Assembly: GCA_965261395.1 (NCBI GenBank) | Contig: OZ253462.1 | Location: 2,432,001-2,496,000 of the forward strand | Direction: 5' to 3' | DNA length: 64,000 bases | Source: Candidatus Latescibacterota bacterium | GTDB taxonomy: Bacteria > Latescibacterota > UBA2968 > UBA8231 | Notes under the pieces: model-generated | What the model was told of the DNA's origin: nothing | Database searches by the model: none | What the model saw: the letters and a program-made list of their open reading frames with translations, nothing else | Position numbers and translations under genes: made by a program | Shown here: positions 48,384 to 58,010 of the stretch, piece by piece | Numbering within the stretch: the first letter of the stretch is position 1 | How the letters are laid out: every line of letters starts with the position of its first letter

Positions 48384-48490
48384 AGCTCCTCGTCTATAAA
48401 AAGGTCGTCGGATGTCCAGATAGTTAGCGGCTTTTTCCCGCAGACAGCAACCAGAGCGCCGTCACCCGTCGAGGCAAGGTCAGCCGTTTA

Positions 48491-48520
48491 TTGACGGGTA
48501 TCCGCGGATTTGGCTACGTT
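48491..48520 (+). promoter_or_regulatory. Possible sigma70 promoter
   Basis: TTGACG-N18-TACGTT upstream of the membrane protein gene. Confidence 0.4.
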
Positions 48521-48564
48521 TGCCAATTCGCCGCGCACCCGCTACTCCATCCCCTAGCCCCTCT

Positions 48565-50511
48565 ATGCCCCCAGACCCCCAGACCTCCCTCGCAATTCGC
48601 CTACCAGCGATGCTGACGGGCCTCGGACTCTGCGCGCTGATCGCCGTGGGGTTGCCCTATGGGGAATTCGTCATCAAGGGCACCCGGCTGGGTTTGAGCT
48701 CATCGACGCCGGCCGCCTTTTTCCTGCTCTTCTGGCTGCTCGCGCTGGTGCAACCGCTGCTGGGGCTAATGCGGCGGCACTGGGCGTTCAACCGCGCCGA
48801 ACTGCTGCTTATTACCGCGATGATGATGCTGGCAACGGCGATCCCATCGCGGGGCTTTACCGGTGCCGCGATCCCCGCCATTTCCAGTGTGCTCTATTAC
48901 GCGACCCCAGAAAACAACTGGGCAGAGCTGCTGGTGCCCCACATCCCCACCTGGCTGGTCGTCCAAGACGAGGTGGCGATCAAGCAGTTTTACGAGGGGC
49001 TACCCCGTGGCGAATCCATCCCCTATGGCGCTTGGGTCGAGCCGCTTTTCTGGTGGTTGCTCTTTATGGCCGCCTTCTATCTCGTGCTCATCTGCGCGAT
49101 GGTGATTATGCGGCGGCAGTGGATGGACCACGAGCGGTTGCTCTACCCGCTGGTCCAAGTGCCGTTGGGGATGATCGAGGACGGCCCGCAACCAGCGCGC
49201 ATAAAACCCTTTTTGCGCAATCCCATAATGTGGGCTGGCTTTGCGGTACCGGCGATCCTCAATACGATCAACTCCTTTAGCCACTACTACGAATTCGCGC
49301 CGCGCGTTGATCTCAACCTGCCGCTAGCCTTGGGGCACGACGCGGTTGTCTTGAGCATCCGGCTCAACTACCTGATGATGGGCCTGGCCTATTTTATCAA
49401 CACCGGAATTTCGGGCAGCTTGTGGTTTTTCTATCTGTTGGCCAAAGCCCAAGAATGGGCCTGTTCGACGCTGGGCATCTTCACCACCGAACAGCTCGAT
49501 GCCTACAGTCATGCCGGCCCCACCACGGGCATGTTGAGCCATCAGAGCATGGGCGCGATGGTTGCGCTGGTCGTCCTCGGGCTGTGGACGGCACGCGGGC
49601 ATCTAAAGGCCGTGTGGCAACAGGCCCGAGCCGGCGGCAGCGCAGCCGGGGAGCTGTTGTCCTACCGAACGGCCTTGGTCGGTTTGGTGGGCGGCCTCGT
49701 GGTCATGGGCTTGTGGCTGTGGCAGACGGGGCTGCCTTGGTGGGCGGTGGTGCTGTTTCTCGGCGCGGCGTTCGCCATCTTCTTCGCCCTTACCCGAGTG
49801 ATTGTCGAAGCTGGCCTCTCGTCGGCCGTGGAGGGGCTTTCGGGCGCGGGTTTTGTGGTCTCGGGCGTCGGCTCAACGGCGCTGGGGGCGACGGGGATGA
49901 TGGCACTGGGCTTTACGCTCGCTTGGGCGGGCGACCTGCTGGTCTTTATGATGGCCCCCTGCGCCAACGGCATCCGCATGTTGCATGGCTTAAAGGTCGG
50001 GCGGCGACGCGTCTTGGCGATGCTAACGGCGGCACTGGCCATCGGCCTTTTGGGCTCGATCTATGCGACCTTGAACTTGGGCTACCAGTACGGGGCGCTC
50101 AACCTGCACCGCCAGTACTTCTCCGGGCTTTTCGCCTTCGAGCCTTTTCGCCTTGCCGCCCGCTTCATCGAGACACCGACCGGACCCTATTGGCTGGGAT
50201 GGCTCTGGAACGGAGTGGGGGCCGCGGTTATGGCGCTTCTGCTGTGGGCGCGGCACCACTTGTTGTGGTGGCCTTTGCATCCCATCGGCTACGTGGCCAG
50301 CGGCACCTGGATCCTCGGCAATATCTGGTTCAGTATCTTTCTCGCTTGGCTGATTAAATCCGTCGTCTTGAAATACATGGGACCGAATGGCTACCGCTCG
50401 ACGCGCTGGTTCTTTTTGGGGGTGATACTCGGGCAATTCGCTTCGGGCGGGGCGTGGCTGGTCGTGGATGGCTTCACCGGCATGACGGGTAATGTAATTC
50501 GCATGTACTAA
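48565..50511 (+). CDS. Polytopic membrane protein (DUF6785/DUF6784-like, putative transporter)
   Basis: Many TM helices; RRQWMDHERLLYPL, TRVIVEAG, WWPLHPIGY, WFSIFLAWLIK. Confidence 0.8.
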   Translation: MPPDPQTSLAIRLPAMLTGLGLCALIAVGLPYGEFVIKGTRLGLSSSTPAAFFLLFWLLALVQPLLGLMRRHWAFNRAELLLITAMMMLATAIPSRGFTGAAIPAISSVLYYATPENNWAELLVPHIPTWLVVQDEVAIKQFYEGLPRGESIPYGAWVEPLFWWLLFMAAFYLVLICAMVIMRRQWMDHERLLYPLVQVPLGMIEDGPQPARIKPFLRNPIMWAGFAVPAILNTINSFSHYYEFAPRVDLNLPLALGHDAVVLSIRLNYLMMGLAYFINTGISGSLWFFYLLAKAQEWACSTLGIFTTEQLDAYSHAGPTTGMLSHQSMGAMVALVVLGLWTARGHLKAVWQQARAGGSAAGELLSYRTALVGLVGGLVVMGLWLWQTGLPWWAVVLFLGAAFAIFFALTRVIVEAGLSSAVEGLSGAGFVVSGVGSTALGATGMMALGFTLAWAGDLLVFMMAPCANGIRMLHGLKVGRRRVLAMLTAALAIGLLGSIYATLNLGYQYGALNLHRQYFSGLFAFEPFRLAARFIETPTGPYWLGWLWNGVGAAVMALLLWARHHLLWWPLHPIGYVASGTWILGNIWFSIFLAWLIKSVVLKYMGPNGYRSTRWFFLGVILGQFASGGAWLVVDGFTGMTGNVIRMY

Positions 50512-50600
50512 CGGTGAGGGGCTGTACGCAGGATTTATTAGATGGCTTCTAACCAAATAAAGCCAAGAATTACATACAGTTAGTCGTATTGGCAAAAAAC

Positions 50601-50629
50601 TTGACACCCGCCTAGCCGTTGGTTAAATC
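50601..50629 (+). promoter_or_regulatory. Sigma70 promoter of the terminal operon (possibly leaderless)
   Basis: TTGACA-N17-TAAATC preceded by an A tract. ATG at 50637 has no SD sequence. Confidence 0.55.
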
Positions 50630-50636
50630 AAACAGC

Positions 50637-52238
50637 ATGTTTATCGCTACTCCCCGCTCCCTGTGGCGCGCTATCGCCCTCTTGGCTCTGTTTGGCTGCG
50701 GGCCAGACGACCCGGTCGTGGCCCAAGTCGGCGACGTGGCCCTTACCAAGGCCGAGTACCTGCGCTTTGTCGAGCGCTTGCCGTCCGGCTTGCAGAGCGA
50801 ATCTGCGCGCGACCACCTACAGTCTCTCGTCGATCAGGAACTGCTGCTGCAAGAGGCCCGCGCTAGGGGGATCGAGCAAAGCGATGAGGTCCGCTACCAG
50901 CTAAACGCCCTCGTCCGCAAGCAGCTCTCCCAGCGCTACCAAGCCGAAGTGCTCGCGCCCCAAGTCGAGGTGACGCCCGAGGAAGTCGAGCGCACCTTCG
51001 TCGATATGGGCTTTGACCGCGAGCGGCTCTTTGCGCGGATTCTGGTGCGGCAGCAGCGAGATGTGGACCGCGTATTGCAGGCCCTGCACGAGGGCGAGCC
51101 TTTCGCCGAACTAGCGCAGCGCTTTGCGGCCAACGACCTCTTTGCCCCACAGGGCGACGGAGTCGTCGGTTGGATTGGGCGCACCCAAGCGCAGCGCTTT
51201 GCCATTCCACCGCAGACCTTCCTCTCGCTGCCGGTCGGTCAAATCGCCGAGCCACTGCCACTGGCGGGCGGCTGGCAGATCTACCGCTTTGTCGAAGACC
51301 GACCAGCCGACAAGGCCGACTACGCGCAAGAAGCCGCCAGCGCGGCGCACCGCGAAAAATGGCAGAGTCGCCTGCAAATCGAAGTGGAAACCCTGAGCCG
51401 CTCCTTGGACCTACAGTTGAATCACGAGGGCCTGCAAGCCTTGCTGGCCGCGCCGAATCCCGCGGATTCGCTCGCCGCGCTGCCGCTCTATCGCTTTGAC
51501 GGCGGGGCGATCTCCTTGGGCGAATACCTCTACAACCTGCGCTCGATCGGCTTCCGGGGTGCGTTGCAAGACAGCGCACAGGTCGTCTCGTTGGCCCGCG
51601 CCGCGCTCTTGCCAGCCTACCTGATGGCCGTGGCGGCCCAACGGCGCGGATGGGACCAAGAGGCCGAATTTGCCGAGTGGCGCGAGCGCAAGCGCAAGAC
51701 CCTCGTTTTACAGCAGCTTACCAAGGCAGAAACAGCGACCAAGGCCGCCCCCAGCGAGGAAGAAGTCGCCGCGTACTACGAGGCGAACAAGACGCGCTTC
51801 CGCACGGCCGAATCCGTCCACATCAACCAGCTCCTCGCCCCCACCCGCGAGCAGGCCCAAGAGTTGCGCGAAGCCCTCGCAAACGGCAGCACCGTCGCTG
51901 AGCTGTTGGCCCGGCCGGGCGTCGAAACCCACGGCGACCCACACGACGGAGCGCTCCACCTGCGCAAGGTGGTGCGGGCGCGCTATCCCCAGCTCGTGGA
52001 TGCGGCCTTTGCTGCGGAGGTCGGCGAATGGGACGGGCCAGTGGAGGTGTTGGACCGCTTTGCCGTGTTCCGGGTGCACCACAAGGAGGGTGGCGACATC
52101 CAACCCTTCGCCCAAGCCCAAGCGCGAGCGCGGGCCATCTTGGCAGCAAGGCGCAGGGACGAGCTCATGGACGCGCTCATCCAACGCCTGCGCGCCGAGC
52201 GCGCAAGCCAAGTCGCCTTATTCGCCGAGCGCTTGTAA
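50637..52238 (+). CDS. Parvulin/PpiC-type (SurA/PrsA-like) PPIase lipoprotein, duplicated architecture
   Basis: Lipobox LALFGC; VVAQVG, LVDQELLLQEA, FAELAQRF, YYEANK..F, AAFAAEVGE..GPV. Confidence 0.85.
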   Translation: MFIATPRSLWRAIALLALFGCGPDDPVVAQVGDVALTKAEYLRFVERLPSGLQSESARDHLQSLVDQELLLQEARARGIEQSDEVRYQLNALVRKQLSQRYQAEVLAPQVEVTPEEVERTFVDMGFDRERLFARILVRQQRDVDRVLQALHEGEPFAELAQRFAANDLFAPQGDGVVGWIGRTQAQRFAIPPQTFLSLPVGQIAEPLPLAGGWQIYRFVEDRPADKADYAQEAASAAHREKWQSRLQIEVETLSRSLDLQLNHEGLQALLAAPNPADSLAALPLYRFDGGAISLGEYLYNLRSIGFRGALQDSAQVVSLARAALLPAYLMAVAAQRRGWDQEAEFAEWRERKRKTLVLQQLTKAETATKAAPSEEEVAAYYEANKTRFRTAESVHINQLLAPTREQAQELREALANGSTVAELLARPGVETHGDPHDGALHLRKVVRARYPQLVDAAFAAEVGEWDGPVEVLDRFAVFRVHHKEGGDIQPFAQAQARARAILAARRRDELMDALIQRLRAERASQVALFAERL

Positions 52239-52250
52239 GGAGGTGCTATT

Positions 52251-55200
52251 GTGGTAAAAACCAAATGGTGTATCCTCGCCTACTGCCTGTTGTGGGCATG
52301 GCTGCCAGCCAGCGCACAGCAAGGGTACGACATCGTCGATGACCGCATTGTCGTCACTGGACGCAGCCACTGGGCGCACTGGAAAAAACCCGCACACCTG
52401 ACTGCTATCGACAACTCGGGCGCAGTGCGTCCGCGGCACCTGCGCTCGATCTACAACGTCCTCGCCGACCCCAGTATCGCCCGTCCGGTAGTGATCACCA
52501 ACAAAGACCCGCGCATCCTCAATGTGGATAGCACCCTGAAAGTAGATGTGCTCGGCCAACCCATCCAAGACGCCCAGAAAAAATTCGTCTACGACTATCT
52601 GGTGCGGCCCGGGGTCAGCCGCGCTGGCTCCAACATCGAGATGGCGGCCCGCATCGTCGACGGCGATCCGACCACTTTCTGGGAGCCAGACCCGAACGAC
52701 CCCATCGAGCAGTGGTGGGTCGAGGTAGATCTGGGCCGCGCCGTACCCGTGGAGGGCATTTCCGTGCGCTTCGTCAATGAGGAGCTAGGCGATCCGTTTT
52801 TCAAGTACCTCCTCCTCTTGGCACGGAACCAGACGCTATCGCTTACCGACGACCGCAAGGTCAGTTTCGAGCTGTTCGTCCCCCACGAAGGGCCCAATAC
52901 CCAGCAGCGCACCTTCTTCTTTGAAAGTGCCGCCGCAACCGGGGGAGCGGTTCTTGCGACCCCGGTCAACCCCGGCCTCGTAGATCCTTCCGGCGGCATT
53001 AGCAGTGTCAAGAAACTGCGACAAAACAGCGCCGACCCGGCCTGGACCGGCAAGGTCATCGAAACCATCCGCATCGTAATCACCGATACACGCGGCGGAC
53101 GGGCCGAGCAAATCGACCAAGCCGCGTGGGAGGCGCTGCCAGCGCAGGAACGCGGCGACATCGTCCACTTCGTGCGCGACTTCGCCGGCCGCGAAGAGCC
53201 GGTGGACGCCGAAACCTACGAGTCCTTGGAGGAAGAGCGCCAGGGCCGCCGCGAATTCTACCGCCGCGAATTGCCGCGCTTGGCCGAGGTCGAGGCGTGG
53301 GGCTGGGGAGACAACATTAGCTTGGGCCTGCTCGAAGGGGGAGGCACGTTAGACTTAACCTCGGCTGGCAAAACGCCTGGACCGGCCTTCGACGGGGACA
53401 TTGGCAGCAGTTATCAGCAACCCACCCAAGACCCCCTCAACCCAGGTGCCAACGTGCTGACCATTGATATAGGCGGCACGGTGTGGCTAGACCAAGTCCG
53501 CGTCATCGGCGGCAATATCCGCGGCTACGAAATGCGGTCGTCAACCGGAGAACGCGACGCCCAAGGCAAGCTGCGCTGGCGCGCGATTGCGCCGCCAGCG
53601 CGAGTAAAAAACGTCGATAACGGGTTCTTCGGCTACCTCAACGATGTGCAGGACCCCGTGCGTAAGGTGCGCTTCCTCGACCTCCTGACCCTGGCCAATT
53701 TCATCGGCGACACCGAAAACCGCTCGGATCGCTTCTGGGCCCGATTCAGCGAGCTGATGCTCTTCGCCGAGGGCGTGCCTGCGGCAATCGGGCTGGAATC
53801 CGCTCTGATTGAACTGCCCGGGCTGGTGACCTTGGGCAGTATTCACTGGGAGGCTGACACGCCGCCTGGCACCAAAGTCGAACTTCGCACCCGCACCGGC
53901 GACCAGCTCATCCAGCAGGTGCGCTTCTACGACAGCAATGGCATCGAAAAGACCGCAGCCGAACACAAAAAGCTCCTCGCCTTCCTCAAAGGGCCAATCG
54001 ACACGTCCTTCGCACTAGGCCCGGGCTGGAGCCCTTGGAGCCAGCAGTACCAGCAGTCCGGCGACCCGGTGACGTCGCCCAGCCTGCGCAAGCTCATGCA
54101 AATCCAGGCCCGCCTGCTCAGCGAGGACCGCCAAATCGCACCAGCGCTACAGAGCATCTCCGTAGAGCTACACACTCCGGTCGCCCTCGGGCTGCGAGCC
54201 GAAGTCTGGCCGCCCGAGGCCCAAGTGGGAATTCTGGACACGTTCGAGGTCTTCGTCCAACCCCAGTTCCTAGAGCAGCCCATCTCTGTCCGCAGCCTCG
54301 GATTCGACGAGGTCCTCATCAGCGCCGATCCGGGTCTCGATATGCAGCTTATCGATGTGGCACTAGGCACCGAGGAGCAGTTTGCGGCCGGAGCGCCGCA
54401 ATCGCTCTTGGACCTTACAAGCACCGACGGCCAGATACTACAAGGCGACTCGCTCCTGGTGCGCCTCCCGGAGGTTGCCAGCGCGACCGACGAGCTACCG
54501 CAGCTATACTTCCGCACGGCTGCCGATGGCGAGGAAGTGCCCACCAGCATCGACGGCCAGCTTCTGACGGCGACCTCGCACGCCCTACTCCCAGACGCCG
54601 TGCGCGGCGCGGTGCGCTACTTCCGCAGTGCCGGAGAGGAGCTGGTGGAAGTCGATCGAGCGGCCTACGACGAGCTGTCGCCCGAGTCCCAAGGGCCCGT
54701 GCGCTACTTCCGCAAGATTGTCGGTTTGGGTAGCCAGACGCTTTTCGACGAGGCCGGCGACACGCTCAGCGCGGCCCAGTACAGCCGGCTAGGCCGTGCC
54801 AGAGGGTGGGTCGTCGGTCGCGGCCGACTCGTGCGCCTGCGCTTCGCATCCAAGGTCTTCCTCCACGGCACCAAGCTGAAGGTGGCGGTGCGCAACCAAG
54901 CGGCCAGCACGCCCTATCAGCCCGCCGACGCCGGCGACGCCACCGCGCTGCGGCCGTCGCAAACCCTGTCGATCGCCGCGCTCGGTGCCAAGCAAATCGT
55001 CGCCGACATCTCGGTTGCGCCCAATCCCTTCACGCCCAACGGCGACCTCGTAAACGACGTCGCCCAAATCGAGTTCTCGCTGTTCAAAGTCTATGCCGAG
55101 CGGCCGGCGGCCGTCCGCATTTGGGCACTCGACGGCCGGCCCATGCGCCTGCTAGAGGGCACGGCTCAAGGCGGCCACCAGCGCTTTACCTGGGACGGCA

Positions 55201-55319
55201 AGGACGACCACGGCCGCGTCGTGCCGCCCGGACTCTACATCTGCCAGATCGACGTGGACATCGACGTCGAAGACAGCGCCGGACAACGGCGATCCCACCT
55301 TATCGCGGTAGCCTATTAG
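52251..55319 (+). CDS. Secreted discoidin-like/FlgD-Ig protein, '-VAY' family
   Basis: Signal peptide; VDGDPTTFW, EVDLGRAV, RTRTG, WSPWS, AEVWP, PNPFTPNGDLVND, WDGKD, PPGLY; ends IAVAY. Confidence 0.82.
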   Translation: MVKTKWCILAYCLLWAWLPASAQQGYDIVDDRIVVTGRSHWAHWKKPAHLTAIDNSGAVRPRHLRSIYNVLADPSIARPVVITNKDPRILNVDSTLKVDVLGQPIQDAQKKFVYDYLVRPGVSRAGSNIEMAARIVDGDPTTFWEPDPNDPIEQWWVEVDLGRAVPVEGISVRFVNEELGDPFFKYLLLLARNQTLSLTDDRKVSFELFVPHEGPNTQQRTFFFESAAATGGAVLATPVNPGLVDPSGGISSVKKLRQNSADPAWTGKVIETIRIVITDTRGGRAEQIDQAAWEALPAQERGDIVHFVRDFAGREEPVDAETYESLEEERQGRREFYRRELPRLAEVEAWGWGDNISLGLLEGGGTLDLTSAGKTPGPAFDGDIGSSYQQPTQDPLNPGANVLTIDIGGTVWLDQVRVIGGNIRGYEMRSSTGERDAQGKLRWRAIAPPARVKNVDNGFFGYLNDVQDPVRKVRFLDLLTLANFIGDTENRSDRFWARFSELMLFAEGVPAAIGLESALIELPGLVTLGSIHWEADTPPGTKVELRTRTGDQLIQQVRFYDSNGIEKTAAEHKKLLAFLKGPIDTSFALGPGWSPWSQQYQQSGDPVTSPSLRKLMQIQARLLSEDRQIAPALQSISVELHTPVALGLRAEVWPPEAQVGILDTFEVFVQPQFLEQPISVRSLGFDEVLISADPGLDMQLIDVALGTEEQFAAGAPQSLLDLTSTDGQILQGDSLLVRLPEVASATDELPQLYFRTAADGEEVPTSIDGQLLTATSHALLPDAVRGAVRYFRSAGEELVEVDRAAYDELSPESQGPVRYFRKIVGLGSQTLFDEAGDTLSAAQYSRLGRARGWVVGRGRLVRLRFASKVFLHGTKLKVAVRNQAASTPYQPADAGDATALRPSQTLSIAALGAKQIVADISVAPNPFTPNGDLVNDVAQIEFSLFKVYAERPAAVRIWALDGRPMRLLEGTAQGGHQRFTWDGKDDHGRVVPPGLYICQIDVDIDVEDSAGQRRSHLIAVAY

Positions 55320-55337
55320 GGGCGAAAAGAGAGCACC

Positions 55338-58007
55338 ATGCACAATGTTACTGTCAGAATAAGCATCGTTTTGCTACTGGTCGCCGCCGGAGCGGCCCAA
55401 GAGGCAGTCGGCCAAGTCGATTACAGCTCGCGCCTAGGGCTGCAACAGGGCGACGAGACCTCCTTTGCGCCCCAAGGGCCGGACGTCATGCTCGGCGTCC
55501 TCGCCCCAGCGGTGCGCCGCTGGTACGTGCCGCAGGAACTCTACAAAGAGTACCACTGGCGCCAATGGCAGTACACCAACTACGCCCGCAACCCCTACCA
55601 GCGCTACGTCGATATCAGCCTCGAAGGCGACTACTTTTACGACTTGTACGGCAATTTTCTCACTCGCGGCTGGTTGATCTTCAACAACTCCCAGAGCAAG
55701 CCCCAGCAGTTCGGCAACTCGCTTATCAAGTCCAACCGCTTCCAACAGTGGTTTTCCGACGTGGTCATCGCCTCAGACGCCAAAGGCCAATACTTCTACA
55801 CCTTGACAACCAGTGCGCAGATGCGTTCGGTGATCTCGCCAATGGTCTTTTCTAAGCCGCGTATGGACGGCGTGCAGTTCGACCTCGCCACCGACCGCTA
55901 CGAAGGGACGCTCATCTATTCGCGCCTGAGCAATCCAGGCGGCTCGACCACCGAAGATCAAGAAGTACTCCGCACCAACAACACCACGCTCTTTGGCGGG
56001 CGCTTCGCCTACCAGCTCAGCGACGCCTTGCAATTGGGCCTGCACGCGGTCAACGCCCACCAGTCGAACACGCTGTCGGACCGCCTAGTGGGCAACCCGT
56101 TTTCCGGTGCCTTGACCGTGGCCCAAAACAAGACCGTGTCGCTGATTCAGATCGTCCTGCGCGACGATTCCCCGGGCGACCAAACGGGTGGAGCCGCTTT
56201 CTTTGAGGCCGGCTCGGACATCCTGATTACCTACGAGGACGGCACCGTCGATGCCGGCAAAGACATCCAGTTCGAGCCGGTCATCGAGGGCGGCTTTGTC
56301 CAGCAGGGCTATATCGCCGCCAACGGCCCCGAGGAGATCCGCCTGAGCTACGACTTCGACAGCCCGGCCTTTGTCGATCGGGCCTCGTTTCCCAAAGAGG
56401 ACATCGTCAAAGTCGAGTTCCGGCTGGTGCTGGGCAACGACTATCAGGTCTGGATGACCTCCGACCGCCAAGTCAACCGCGACGGGGAAGCCGTGCTGTT
56501 GCTGATGGCTCAAGCCGAGGGCAACGTGCAAGACATCACCAATTTGCAGACCGTCCGCTTCGAGTACGGCCTGCCGACGGCTACCCACATCTTCGGCGGC
56601 AACATCGAAATACGCGACTACAAGGGCTTTGACCTGTACGCCGAATACGACCTGAGCGTGAGCTACCGCAAGTATCCCAACGTCCTGCGCGACGAGCATC
56701 GCACTGCATCCGGCATCGGCGGTCGCCGCCGGGCACCGGCTTGGATGGTGAACGCGTCCAAAAAGGCCGCCCCCTTCTTTGCCTTTGGCGAGGCGTACAG
56801 CATGGATCCGCTCTACAATACGCGGACCTTCGTCACCACGGGCACGGGCGAAATCAACTACGACAGCGAGCGTGAAGGCATCGTCGAACTAGTCGAAGAC
56901 AACGACGACCAAGACCGCTTCCCCGACACGGTGCGCTTTGACTGGCTCCAGGGCGATTCTCAGGTCTTCCCGGGCTGGGACCAAAACAACGACTTCGTGC
57001 CCGACATCAACCAAAACGACAACTTCGTGCGCTCCAACGCCGTGCCCGACTACGAAGAGCCTTTCCTGCGCTTCCATTCCGACCGCCCGGAATTCCTCTT
57101 CGGGATGGACATGAACAACAACTTCTGGATCGACCAATACGAAAACGACGAAGAGCCAGATTACCCCTACCGCCGCGACCATCGCGGGTACAATGTGTAC
57201 GGCGGTGCGGACCTGACGCCGAGGCTCAAGGTGATGGTCGGCGCGCTGCGCGAAGAGCTCATCTCGTCGAACCAGCAAAACAAGAGCACCTACGCCCTCG
57301 CAACGTACGACAACGATTCTCCGCGCTTTGGGCGCTTGCGCTTCTTTGAAATGAGCAAATTGGTACAAGACGACATCCCCAATTCCCTCTTGCAGTGGGC
57401 ACCGGAGAACACCCTGCGCGGCGGCGAGTTGACCAAAGTTGAAGATCCCCTATTAGCCCGCGACACTTGGGTCAACCAGCTCTTTGTGGGGCACAACGTA
57501 CAGTCTGCCTCCTATAAAGTGCAGACCAAACTCAATTACGTGCGCTTTCGCCAGCTAATGAGCGATGCTCGCCGGCAGGCCCTAGAACTGGACGAGCAGG
57601 ACTTCTTCTTTGGGCTGATCAACAAGGCCAGCTACCGCTATGCTTTAGGCCAGTTGAGCTTGGAGCCGCGCTGGAAGAGCGAGTTCCGCAAGCAGTCGCG
57701 CAGCCTCTTCGCCACAGAGCACTCCACCAGTCTCTACGAGCTTTTTTCGGTCGTCGCTGAAACCCGCGTCCTGCGAGCTACCCGGCTCCAAACGGGCATC
57801 GAGTACCTGATTTTTAACGATTTCGACATCGATGCCAACGACTTCAACTCCATTACCGGCGCGTTTCAATTTACCAATCAGTCTCAGTACTTGGGTTATA
57901 GCCTCCACGCCCTAGCCGGGCTGCGCATCGAGCGCCAGGACTTCAAGGAGAGAGAGGCGCGGTACACGAGTCAGACCTTTATAACGATCTACGCAGGATT
58001 GGAATAG
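55338..58007 (+). CDS. Large exported protein, probable outer-membrane beta-barrel with acidic Ca-binding-like loops
   Basis: Signal peptide; alternating aromatic/hydrophobic strands in the C-terminal third (ends TFITIYAGLE); DNDDQDRFPD, DQNNDFVPD, DMNNNFWID motifs. Confidence 0.6.
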   Translation: MHNVTVRISIVLLLVAAGAAQEAVGQVDYSSRLGLQQGDETSFAPQGPDVMLGVLAPAVRRWYVPQELYKEYHWRQWQYTNYARNPYQRYVDISLEGDYFYDLYGNFLTRGWLIFNNSQSKPQQFGNSLIKSNRFQQWFSDVVIASDAKGQYFYTLTTSAQMRSVISPMVFSKPRMDGVQFDLATDRYEGTLIYSRLSNPGGSTTEDQEVLRTNNTTLFGGRFAYQLSDALQLGLHAVNAHQSNTLSDRLVGNPFSGALTVAQNKTVSLIQIVLRDDSPGDQTGGAAFFEAGSDILITYEDGTVDAGKDIQFEPVIEGGFVQQGYIAANGPEEIRLSYDFDSPAFVDRASFPKEDIVKVEFRLVLGNDYQVWMTSDRQVNRDGEAVLLLMAQAEGNVQDITNLQTVRFEYGLPTATHIFGGNIEIRDYKGFDLYAEYDLSVSYRKYPNVLRDEHRTASGIGGRRRAPAWMVNASKKAAPFFAFGEAYSMDPLYNTRTFVTTGTGEINYDSEREGIVELVEDNDDQDRFPDTVRFDWLQGDSQVFPGWDQNNDFVPDINQNDNFVRSNAVPDYEEPFLRFHSDRPEFLFGMDMNNNFWIDQYENDEEPDYPYRRDHRGYNVYGGADLTPRLKVMVGALREELISSNQQNKSTYALATYDNDSPRFGRLRFFEMSKLVQDDIPNSLLQWAPENTLRGGELTKVEDPLLARDTWVNQLFVGHNVQSASYKVQTKLNYVRFRQLMSDARRQALELDEQDFFFGLINKASYRYALGQLSLEPRWKSEFRKQSRSLFATEHSTSLYELFSVVAETRVLRATRLQTGIEYLIFNDFDIDANDFNSITGAFQFTNQSQYLGYSLHALAGLRIERQDFKEREARYTSQTFITIYAGLE

Positions 58008-58010
58008 CGC

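Noticed and set aside
54806-55855. Long alternative-frame and antisense ORFs (also 15592-16638, 49422-50357, 36551-37426)
   Set aside because: Shadow ORFs expected in high-GC coding DNA: no recognisable motifs, several Arg/Pro/Ala-rich, all overlapping well-supported genes.
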